Positions 1-7,900 of a DNA stretch of 64,000 nt are shown here, in pieces. Positions within the stretch are counted from its first letter, which is position 1, and every line of letters begins with the position of its first letter. Origin of the DNA: Enterococcus columbae (GTDB lineage Bacteria > Bacillota > Bacilli > Lactobacillales > Enterococcaceae); contig DYWZ01000018.1 in the NCBI GenBank assembly GCA_020742395.1, positions 19,552 through 83,551 of the forward strand. The letters are read 5' to 3'. Both the position numbers and the translations under genes were made by a program. The notes beneath the pieces are model-generated. The model was not told the origin of the DNA. It did not search any database and was given only the letters and a program-made list of their open reading frames with translations.

Positions 1-1050
1 AATGGTGGCGTAGAGGCGGTAGTTGGTCGTAGAGGGGAATATACTTTCTTAGGCTATAATTTTGCCACCCAGATGAAACGTTCACCGGGCTCAACAATCA
101 AACCGCTAAGTGTCTATGCAGCAGCTTTGGAATCAGGCTATCAGCCAAGCAGCCTGTTAAAAGACGAGCCGCTTAGCTTTTATGATGCGAAAAATTATGA
201 TGGCACCTATGCTGGCGAAGTCCCTCTTTATCAAGCAGTGGCTCAAAGCTTAAATCTGCCAGCAGTTTGGCTATTACATGAAATCGGCTTAGATAAAGGG
301 TATAAAAAGGCAGAGGAATTTGGCTTATCCCTTGATGAAAAGGACCGATACTGGGGCTTAGCACTGGGCGGTTTACGTTACGGAGAAAGTCCTCAAACGA
401 TGGCGAATGCCTATGCTGTCTTTGCCAATGGAGGGACTTATTATGAAAGTCATTTTATCGCCAAAATTATAGATGCCACGGGAGCGGTTATTGTGGATAA
501 TACTGGAAAGAAAGGTACACGTATCTTATCAGAAAAAACCACTGATGAGATGAATAGTATTTTGCTAGGAACCTTTTCTAATGGAACAGCTGTCAATGCA
601 CAACCTTATGGCTATCAAGTCGCAGGCAAAACCGGAACTACCGAAACGAATTTTGATGCAAGTAAGGTCAATGATCAATGGATTGTCGGCTATACGCCAG
701 ATGTAGTGATTTCCACTTGGCTTGGTTATGAAGAAACGACCAATCAACATTATCTCACCTCAACAAGTGGCCAAGGAGTCGGGCAGATCTTTAAAGCCGA
801 GGCACAGGGGATTTTACCTTATACGAAAAATACTAGCTTTAATGTGGTAGATGCCTATCAGACAGATGGTAAGGTGATGACTCCAGAACAAGCCAATAGC
901 CAAAATCAAACCACTGAGCAAGAGGTCAAAGATAAGGTAAATGATTTCGCTCAAAAAGCGAAAGAAGGCTTGGACGACTTTGGACAGAAGGTAAAAAATG
1001 GCTTTGATCAATTAGTTGGTGGCTTAATCGATAAAATAAAGGGACAATAA
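1..1050 (+). CDS. pbp2a: Class A penicillin-binding protein (PBP2A-like), C-terminal transpeptidase part; 5' end lies outside the window
   Basis: Frame is open from base 1 (NGGVEAVVGRRGEYTF...); SxxK (GSTIK), SLN and KTG motifs. Confidence 0.85.
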   Translation, partial: NGGVEAVVGRRGEYTFLGYNFATQMKRSPGSTIKPLSVYAAALESGYQPSSLLKDEPLSFYDAKNYDGTYAGEVPLYQAVAQSLNLPAVWLLHEIGLDKGYKKAEEFGLSLDEKDRYWGLALGGLRYGESPQTMANAYAVFANGGTYYESHFIAKIIDATGAVIVDNTGKKGTRILSEKTTDEMNSILLGTFSNGTAVNAQPYGYQVAGKTGTTETNFDASKVNDQWIVGYTPDVVISTWLGYEETTNQHYLTSTSGQGVGQIFKAEAQGILPYTKNTSFNVVDAYQTDGKVMTPEQANSQNQTTEQEVKDKVNDFAQKAKEGLDDFGQKVKNGFDQLVGGLIDKIKGQ

Positions 1051-1105
1051 ATGCGTAAATATGTTAAAATAATAGTCAAATAGATCAATCTACGGAGGGA
1101 CTAGT

Positions 1106-1444
1106 ATGATTAACATTTATGACACAGCGAATCAATTAGAGCGTGAATTACGCCAAACAGAACAATTCAAAGCTTTAAAAGCTGCTTTTGAAGAATTAAA
1201 GCAAAACGAAGCTGCCTATGCTCTGTTCAAAGAATTCCAAGCTTTCCAACAAGCGATGCAACAAAAAATGATGGCTGGCGAAGAAATGAGTGATGAGGAT
1301 GCGACTAAAGCGCAAAATCTAACAGAAAAAATTCAACAAGAAGCCTTAGTTTCAGCCTTAATGATGAAGGAACAGGCTTTCAGTCAACTAATTAATGAGC
1401 TAAACCGAATTGTTTTAGCTCCAGTTAACGAATTATATCAATAG
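1106..1444 (+). CDS. YlbF/YheA (DUF964) family regulator
   Basis: [17 protein letters not shown]-terminus, helical 112 aa, GGAGG RBS. Confidence 0.8.
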   Translation: MINIYDTANQLERELRQTEQFKALKAAFEELKQNEAAYALFKEFQAFQQAMQQKMMAGEEMSDEDATKAQNLTEKIQQEALVSALMMKEQAFSQLINELNRIVLAPVNELYQ

Positions 1445-1471
1445 CCGATAATTCATTTGTAAACGAACGAG

Positions 1472-1510
1472 AATCCCTACAAACAATGATTCAAAATGTT
1501 TGTGGGGATT
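1472..1510 (+). terminator. Rho-independent terminator after the ylbF-like gene
   Basis: AATCCCTACAAACA / TGTTTGTGGGGATT stem followed by T run. Confidence 0.7.
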
Positions 1511-1531
1511 TTTTCATACCGACCAATATTG

Positions 1532-1596
1532 ATTCAGGAAGGATTTTTGCCATTTCAGGAAGTTTTTTCCTCCTTTCCTTAAGCATCTATTATGAT
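1532..1596 (+). promoter_or_regulatory. LytTR-activated promoter of the pheromone-kinase-regulator operon
   Basis: TTCAGGAA direct repeats at 1533-1540 and 1554-1561 (21-bp period); -10 TATGAT at 1591-1596. Confidence 0.75.
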
Positions 1597-1629
1597 AAGA
1601 GCATATCAATCATTGGAAGGATGAAGAAA

Positions 1630-1773
1630 ATGAAAAAAATGGATTTAAAATGGAAAAAATACTCAGAGAAAGAATTAATAAGGGTTATTGGTGGGAAAAA
1701 TGCGAAAGAAAAAGGAAAACCTGCTTCAAATTTAGCTCAATGTGTGTTTTCTTTTTTTAGAAAATGTGAATAG
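1630..1773 (+). CDS. Bacteriocin-inducing pheromone precursor, EntF-like (leader MKKMDLKWKKYSEKELIRVIGG; mature KNAKEKGKPASNLAQCVFSFFRKCE)
   Basis: GG leader; mature 25-mer shares GKPASNL..CVFS.F.KC with enterocin induction factor EntF (recalled); directly upstream of HK and RR; GGAAGG RBS. Confidence 0.9.
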   Translation: MKKMDLKWKKYSEKELIRVIGGKNAKEKGKPASNLAQCVFSFFRKCE

Positions 1774-1810
1774 AGTCAATTTTTAAATAAAATTAGGGAG
1801 AGAACTTTAA

Positions 1811-3109
1811 TTGTTAATAATTGATACTAAGGCTTATTTATTAAGAATGTTGCTAGGAGAATTTATTTTTGTTTATTTTTTTTATAAAATAAATAATAAA
1901 ATACAAAATAAACTATACTGGTTTATGATTTTAATGGTACTAGTTGAATTTTTTACAGGTTTATTTGTTTGGATTACAGAGTATATACCGATTATTTTTG
2001 GATATTATATTTTAAAAAAATCAAAAATTGAAAAAACATTAGCTATAAATAAAGTTTTGGTATGTTCATTATTAACATCTGCTACATTTATAATTAGCTC
2101 TACTCTAATAGATAATTGGCCATCATCTTATCATAAAGTTGGTTTTAGCTTTGTTTTTCAAAATCTTGGGATAGATTATTTACTAGCATTTATATTTATT
2201 TATTTATATAAGAGATTTGATATAGAAAGAATAATAGAAAAATATAGTTCAACATTAACAGTATTTTTGGAAATATACATTGTTATTGTTATTGAATTTA
2301 TTAGCTATACTGCTCATAAACGAGAGATTTTCGATCAATTTGTACTAGGTATTTTAATATTTTTGGTGCTTCAAACCCTTTTTGTTTCAGTTTTGGTTAT
2401 TTGGTTGACTATAAAGCAAAAAGAAAAATATGAACAAAAGGTAAAAGATAAGGAACTGATTTATCTAAAAAAATATACCGATTCTTTAGAAAAAGATCAG
2501 GAACAATCAGCCAGATTTAGACATGATTATAAAAATTTACTTCTAAGCTTGAAGGAACGCGCTACCCTTCATCAAGATTTAGCATTGAAGGAACAAATAG
2601 AATCACTGGAACATTACTCCCAGCCTTATTTAACCGATAAATTTGCCTATCGTTATTTAAAAAATGTGAAAAATGAATATGTTAAAAGTTTATTACTATC
2701 AAAAATGTATGAGGCAAGCCAACAATATATTCACTGCACCTTTGAATGTCCTAATGTGATTCAAAACATACCGATGGATATCTTTGATTTTGTGAGGGTT
2801 CTAGGTATTTTAATTGATAATGCGCTAGAAGCTGCGGAAGAAAGTGAACAAAAAGAGCTAGCCATTGCCATTTATCAGGATAAAGAACAAATGGAAATCT
2901 CTATCATTAATAGCTGCAATCAAGCTAAAAAATCGATTAACCAATTAACACAAAAAGGGGTTACCACCAAAAAAGGGCATAGTGGCTTAGGTTTATCGAA
3001 TATAGAAGAAATTAATAGAAAAAATGAAAATATGTTTGTCAATTATCAAATGGAAGCAGAACAATTCATTGCCCATGTTGTTCTTATAGCAAAAGAGGAG
3101 GACTTATGA
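1811..3109 (+). CDS. AgrC/EntK-type (GHKL) sensor histidine kinase
   Basis: Polytopic N-terminus, FRHDYKNLL H-box, ILIDNALEAA N-box, TKKGHSGLGL G-box. Confidence 0.93.
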   Translation: MLIIDTKAYLLRMLLGEFIFVYFFYKINNKIQNKLYWFMILMVLVEFFTGLFVWITEYIPIIFGYYILKKSKIEKTLAINKVLVCSLLTSATFIISSTLIDNWPSSYHKVGFSFVFQNLGIDYLLAFIFIYLYKRFDIERIIEKYSSTLTVFLEIYIVIVIEFISYTAHKREIFDQFVLGILIFLVLQTLFVSVLVIWLTIKQKEKYEQKVKDKELIYLKKYTDSLEKDQEQSARFRHDYKNLLLSLKERATLHQDLALKEQIESLEHYSQPYLTDKFAYRYLKNVKNEYVKSLLLSKMYEASQQYIHCTFECPNVIQNIPMDIFDFVRVLGILIDNALEAAEESEQKELAIAIYQDKEQMEISIINSCNQAKKSINQLTQKGVTTKKGHSGLGLSNIEEINRKNENMFVNYQMEAEQFIAHVVLIAKEEDL

Positions 3110-3855
3110 AATACCCAATTATTTTATGCGAAGATGACCTTTTACAATTACATCAGTTAGAAAGAGTGATTGATAAATTTATACTTTTCCATGATGAAAT
3201 CTTTGAAGTCGTGTTATCTGCGCAAAAACCTTCAGAAGTGGAGACTTATTTAAAACAATTTCATCCCAAGCAAGGCATTTATTTTTTAGATGTAGATTTA
3301 AAAGCAGAGATGGATGGAATGGAATTAGCGCAAATGATTCGAAAACATGATGTTCAGGCTAAAATTATTTTTGTAACTACTCATGATGAAGTACTACCGA
3401 TTACCTTCAAAAGAAAACTAGAAGCATTAGGTTTTGTTCAAAAAGACCAAGATTATGATGAATACAAAAAAGAAATTGTCGAATTATTATTGTTAGCGCA
3501 AGAAAGAATTGATGCAGCGAAAGTTTCAAAAAATCAAGCCTTTGTATTTTCGATAGGTTCACAAACCTTTACTTTTGACATCAATGACATTTATTTTTTA
3601 GAAGCTTCTCCTATGCCGCATCGCTTATCTTTGATCACTAAAAATGGTCAGTATGAATTTTATGGTAAATTAACCGATTTTGAGGAGAAATACGAAGCGC
3701 TGACTAGAATTAATCGTTCATGTTTAGCCAATCTGAAAAATGTTCAAAAAACTGACTTTAAAGCAAAAGAAGTCTATTTCACTGAAGAGGTCCATCGAAG
3801 CTTTTCATCATCAAAAACCAAGTCGATTAAAGCGTTTCTGAATACCATGTTTTAG
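3106..3855 (+). CDS. LytTR-family response regulator (EntR/AgrA/BlpR-type)
   Basis: CEDD, FLDVDL and IIFVTTH receiver motifs; C-terminal LytTR domain (FYGKL, RINRSCLANL). Confidence 0.93.
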   Translation: MKYPIILCEDDLLQLHQLERVIDKFILFHDEIFEVVLSAQKPSEVETYLKQFHPKQGIYFLDVDLKAEMDGMELAQMIRKHDVQAKIIFVTTHDEVLPITFKRKLEALGFVQKDQDYDEYKKEIVELLLLAQERIDAAKVSKNQAFVFSIGSQTFTFDINDIYFLEASPMPHRLSLITKNGQYEFYGKLTDFEEKYEALTRINRSCLANLKNVQKTDFKAKEVYFTEEVHRSFSSSKTKSIKAFLNTMF

Positions 3856-3949
3856 GATGCTTCCTTTATTCTTATACGTTAAAAGAATATTCAATGCTCA
3901 TTTGTTTTGGCTTGACTATTCTTTTTTTATTCCCTAAAATATTTTTTAT

Positions 3950-4144
3950 TTTTTTTGAGCGAATTTTGTCATTTTCCTCTAAACCCATAAAAAATCTCCC
4001 CAAAAATATTCCTGAACACCCACAAATCTATTCTTGAACGAAAAACTCAGAGAATGATATCTCTTAAAAGAAAGATTTTAAGCAGTTTAAGAACGATTTC
4101 CCCACTCGCTCAATGACTATGCAATAATATGATTGTCAAAGAGA
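3950..4144. repeat. Copy 1 of a ~195-bp duplicated promoter module
   Basis: Near-identical to 5287-5480; contains TTCCTGAA (4009) and TTCTTGAA (4031), TAAAAGAA/TTTAAGAA (4065/4086), and -10 AATAAT at 4123. Confidence 0.85.
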
Positions 4145-4173
4145 CAATACTATAGATAATGGAGGATTATATT

Positions 4174-4404
4174 ATGAAAACAAGAGAATTATTAACAGAA
4201 AAACAAATGAAGAGAGTTGTAGGAGGAGGTCCTGCAAAGAATTTTATTTATGGAATGGGCTAAGGTGCGATGGGAGGTGCTGGTTTAGGAGCTGCAATAT
4301 GTGCCCCGACAGGAGTAGCAGCTGGAGCTTGTGCTGTAGTAGGTGGCTTTTATGGTATGGCGTTAGGAGCATTAGCAGCAGGAATTGATACGTTTAAAAA
4401 GTAG
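4174..4404 (+). pseudogene. Class IIb bacteriocin alpha peptide (lactacin F LafA-like) with in-frame TAA at 4261-4263
   Basis: GGAGG RBS; MKTRELLTEKQMKRVVGG leader, then GPAKNFIYGMG*GAMGGAGLGAAICAPTGVAAGACAVVGGFYGMALGALAAGIDTFKK; absent from the ORF track. Confidence 0.85.
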
Positions 4405-4424
4405 AATCATTTAGAAGGAGAATA

Positions 4425-4637
4425 ATGATGGTAACAGTAAAAAAATATAAAAAATTAGTAAATAAAGAATTATCAAATATAACAGCTAGTGGTAAAGCTA
4501 TGAATACATTAGCGGGCGCTTTTACTGGAGCAACAACCGGAGTAAAGTACTGTACTCCTAGTGGACCATGGGCTATGGCTGGATGTGGTCTAGTAGGTGG
4601 TTTAGTAGGTGGTGTTATAGGATATAATGCTCCATAA
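4425..4637 (+). CDS. Class IIb bacteriocin beta peptide (LafX/GatX-like); leader ends in AS instead of GG
   Basis: GATTGVKYC..GPWAMAGCGLVGG..GG.IGY matches the LafX family pattern; leader KELSNITAS. Confidence 0.8.
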   Translation: MMVTVKKYKKLVNKELSNITASGKAMNTLAGAFTGATTGVKYCTPSGPWAMAGCGLVGGLVGGVIGYNAP

Positions 4638-4842
4638 GATAATAAAGTATTTACTTTTTTTAAAATTAGATAAATTAGATAAATTAGATATTTTTATAAT
4701 TTCTTATACTTTAATCGTTTTACTAGGATTATATAATCCTTTTAGTAACAAAGAACATTTTTTAACGTATTTATTTTTTGATTTATCAATACCGTTATTA
4801 ATAATGGTTGGGCTAATTCACAGTAAGAATAAATATAAATAA
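4627..4842 (+). CDS. Putative bacteriocin immunity membrane protein
   Basis: Small, hydrophobic, cationic; overlaps the bacteriocin stop; contains 3x AAATTAGAT. Confidence 0.6.
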   Translation: MLHKIIKYLLFLKLDKLDKLDIFIISYTLIVLLGLYNPFSNKEHFLTYLFFDLSIPLLIMVGLIHSKNKYK

Positions 4843-4847
4843 TAAAG

Positions 4848-4884
4848 TCAAACTCCTTGCTACCATTCAAGGAGTTTGATTTTT
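4848..4884 (+). terminator. Terminator of the bacteriocin operon
   Basis: TCAAACTCCTTG / CAAGGAGTTTGA stem plus T5. Confidence 0.85.
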
Positions 4885-4887
4885 ATG

Positions 4888-5180
4888 GTGTACCAAGTAT
4901 GGTGCACTTTCTTTCTGGTGTAAGTACAGACACGGGTATTTACTACCAAGTATAACGAATCACAAGCCGACAGCATTAGTGTCTAAGGGTAGAAAGCAGT
5001 ATAGCAAAGTCTACAATCCTGCGAACAGAAAATGAAAACAGGCTAATGGTGGATGAGATTGCTTAATAAATCGAAGTCTTGAAGGTAAATATAAAAACAA
5101 GACAGGTCGTGTGACGAAAGAATTATATCTTACCTTGGGAGATTCAGATAGCATGAATAATTTTAAGTGCGTCTCTATCA
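4888..5180 (+). mobile_element. Degenerate 5' fragment (domain I, part of II) of a group IIC intron; no RT ORF
   Basis: Starts GTGTACCAAGTATGGTGCA 8 nt after a terminator stem; contains CTGGTGTAAGTACAG, GGATGAGATTGC and GAAAG..TCTTACCTTGGGAG motifs like those of IIC introns (recalled). Confidence 0.65.
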
Positions 5181-5286
5181 GTAAAAATTTTTTAGAAATG
5201 ATGTTTCAGGGATTTTGAGTGATAACATACAAAATTGTTCAAAGTGGAGTTATATTTTATTAGCTAATACAGCATTTTATAAAAAA

Positions 5287-5480
5287 TTTTTTTGAGCGAA
5301 TTTTGGCAATTTTCCTCTAAATCCATAAAAACCCCCAAAAAGTATTCCTGAACACCCACAAATCTATTCTTGAATGAAATTTTCAAAGGACAGCATATCT
5401 TAAAAGAAGGATTTTATGCATTTTAAGAATGATTTTCCCACTCGCTCAATAACTATACAATAATATGATTGTCAACGAGA
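5287..5480. repeat. Copy 2 of the duplicated promoter module
   Basis: TTCCTGAA (5345), TTCTTGAA (5367), TAAAAGAA/TTTAAGAA (5401/5422), -10 AATAAT at 5459. Confidence 0.85.
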
Positions 5481-5505
5481 TAAATGTTTTGAAAGGAGAA
5501 CCAAA

Positions 5506-5628
5506 ATGGAAAAATATCAAAAATTAAATACCTATAAACTTGAAAGAGTTAATGGTGGAAACAATTTTTTACTAAATGCACTAAAAATCATACCTGTGCC
5601 AATTTTGTTTAGACCTAGAAAAAAATAA
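5506..5628 (+). CDS. Double-glycine peptide precursor MEKYQKLNTYKLERVNGG-NNFLLNALKIIPVPILFRPRKK (pheromone-like or antimicrobial)
   Basis: AAAGGAG RBS, canonical GG leader, downstream of promoter copy 2 and upstream of the exporter; below the ORF-track cutoff. Confidence 0.8.
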   Translation: MEKYQKLNTYKLERVNGGNNFLLNALKIIPVPILFRPRKK

Positions 5629-5734
5629 AGATTTTTGAAGGGAGTGATTACTATTTTTTATAAATTATTATCCATTATTAATCCTGGAATTAAATTTTGG
5701 TTTTAACAAATAAACTGTTTGAGGGAGACATGAA

Positions 5735-7888
5735 ATGAAATTCACTAAGAAACATTATAGACCACAAGTGGATATGCGTGATTGTGGCGTAGCTTCTCTA
5801 GCAATGATTTTTGGCTACTATGGTTCCTATTATTCCTTGGCAACACTAAGAGAAAAAGCCAAAACAAACTTGGAGGGTACCACCGCTTTAGGCTTAGTGA
5901 AAGTTGCTGAAGAATTGGGCTTTGAAACACAAGTCATTCAAGCGGACATGACATTGTTTGATGAGCCTGATATTCCTTATCCCTTTATTGCTCATGTTTT
6001 AAAAGAAGGTAAGTTACTCCATTATTATGTAGTTACAGGAGCAGATCAGCAATATATTTATATTGCTGATCCGGATCCTTTAGTTAAGATGACCAAGCTA
6101 ACTAGAGAAGCATTTGCTAAAGAGTGGTCAGGGGTTTCTTTATTTATGGCACCTACACCTGCATATCGACCACATAATGATAAAAAAGTAGGGCTTACGG
6201 CATTTATCCCTCTACTAACAAAACAAAAAGGATTAATTGCTAACATTGTACTGGCTACTTTACTTGTGACCATTATCAACATTACGGGTTCATATTATTT
6301 ACAATCGATTATTGATACCTATGTGCCTGATCAGATGAAAAATACTTTAGGAATTATTTCAATTGGTCTGTTAGTTGTTTATGTATTGCAACAAATTCTA
6401 TCTTATGGACAGGAATATTTGTTGATTATATTAGGACAGCGTTTATCTATTGATGTGATTTTATCCTATATCAAGCATGTTTTTCAATTACCTATGAATT
6501 TCTTTGCAACTAGAAGAACAGGAGAAATCATTTCTAGATTTAACGATGCAAATAATATTATTGATGCCTTAGCTAGTACGATTCTTTCTATCTTTTTAGA
6601 TGTATCGATTGTTTTAATCATTTCAGTCGTTTTATTCTTCCAAAGTTCGACGCTATTTTTTATTAGCTTATTGGCTTTACCGATTTATTCTGTCATTATT
6701 TTTGCTTTTATGAAGCCATTTGAAAAGATGAATAATGAAATGATGGAAGCTAATGCAATCCTTTCATCATCTATTATTGAAGATATTAATGGCATTGAAA
6801 CGATTAAATCTTTAACTAGTGAACATACTAGCTATCAAAAGGTAGATAGAGAATTTGTGTCATATCTAAAGAAGTCTTTCCGCTACGCTAAAACGGAAAG
6901 CATTCAAAAAGCATTGAAAAAGTTAGCGCAGCTACTCTTAAATGTTTTTGTATTATGGATGGGAGCTAGATTAGTGATGGATAATCAATTATCTATGGGG
7001 CAATTGATTACTTATAATACGCTACTTATCTATTTTACCAATCCATTAGAAAATATCATCAATTTACAAACCAAATTACAAACTGCTCACGTTGCCAATA
7101 ATCGTTTGAATGAAGTTTATCTTGTTAATTCAGAATTTGAAGATGAAAAAGCGATTAAAGAATTACCGGATACACCGTCAACGATTAGCTTTGAAAATGT
7201 AAGCTATAAATATGGTTATGGGAGAGACATTTTATCTGGAATTAATTTAGAAATTCCAATCTATAGTAAAGTTGCGATTGTTGGCATTTCTGGTTCAGGC
7301 AAAACTACCTTGGCTAAGATGATGGTTAACTTCTATGAAGCAAATACTGGAGAAGTGCGCTTAAATAGCACGAATATGAATCAAATAGATAAGACTGCCT
7401 TACGTCGTCATGTTAATTACTTACCGCAACAGCCTTATGTTTTCAATGGAACAATTCTAGAAAACTTACTATTGGGGGCTAAAGAGGGAACAACACAAGA
7501 AGATATTTTAAGAGCGGTAGAGATTGCTGAAATTCGTACGGATATTGAGAATATGCCCTTAAACTATCAAACAGAACTAACTTCTGATGGTGCTGGAATT
7601 TCTGGTGGACAGAAACAGAGAATTGCCTTAGCAAGAGCTTTACTCACTGATGCACCGATATTAATTTTGGACGAAGCAACGAGTAGTTTGGATATTCTAA
7701 CCGAGAAGAAAATTATTGATAATTTAATGAAACTAGACAAAACAATTATCTTTATTGCACATCGATTAACAATTGCAGAAAAATCAGAACAAGTGATTGT
7801 ACTTGATCAAGGAAAATTAATTGAACAAGGCACACACGAAGAGTTATTAGCTCATCAAGGCTTTTATTATGATTTAGTGAATTATTAG
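5735..7888 (+). CDS. Peptidase-containing ABC transporter (C39 + TMD + NBD), ComA/BlpA-like
   Basis: QVDMRDCG catalytic Cys, LLHYYVV His, GISGSGKT Walker A, ISGGQKQR, LDEATS. Confidence 0.95.
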   Translation: MKFTKKHYRPQVDMRDCGVASLAMIFGYYGSYYSLATLREKAKTNLEGTTALGLVKVAEELGFETQVIQADMTLFDEPDIPYPFIAHVLKEGKLLHYYVVTGADQQYIYIADPDPLVKMTKLTREAFAKEWSGVSLFMAPTPAYRPHNDKKVGLTAFIPLLTKQKGLIANIVLATLLVTIINITGSYYLQSIIDTYVPDQMKNTLGIISIGLLVVYVLQQILSYGQEYLLIILGQRLSIDVILSYIKHVFQLPMNFFATRRTGEIISRFNDANNIIDALASTILSIFLDVSIVLIISVVLFFQSSTLFFISLLALPIYSVIIFAFMKPFEKMNNEMMEANAILSSSIIEDINGIETIKSLTSEHTSYQKVDREFVSYLKKSFRYAKTESIQKALKKLAQLLLNVFVLWMGARLVMDNQLSMGQLITYNTLLIYFTNPLENIINLQTKLQTAHVANNRLNEVYLVNSEFEDEKAIKELPDTPSTISFENVSYKYGYGRDILSGINLEIPIYSKVAIVGISGSGKTTLAKMMVNFYEANTGEVRLNSTNMNQIDKTALRRHVNYLPQQPYVFNGTILENLLLGAKEGTTQEDILRAVEIAEIRTDIENMPLNYQTELTSDGAGISGGQKQRIALARALLTDAPILILDEATSSLDILTEKKIIDNLMKLDKTIIFIAHRLTIAEKSEQVIVLDQGKLIEQGTHEELLAHQGFYYDLVNY

Positions 7889-7900
7889 GAGGAAAAATAC

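Noticed and set aside
173-1011. Short minus-strand ORFs inside pbp2a, and similar antisense ORFs inside the ABC exporter, yhaM, cadA, glyA, prmC, upp, ruvB and brnQ
   Set aside because: Shadow frames of well-supported genes, with no RBS or recognisable motif
1486-1629. ORF-track 95-aa version of the pheromone gene
   Set aside because: The extension runs through a terminator and the promoter boxes; RBS and GG leader support a start at 1630
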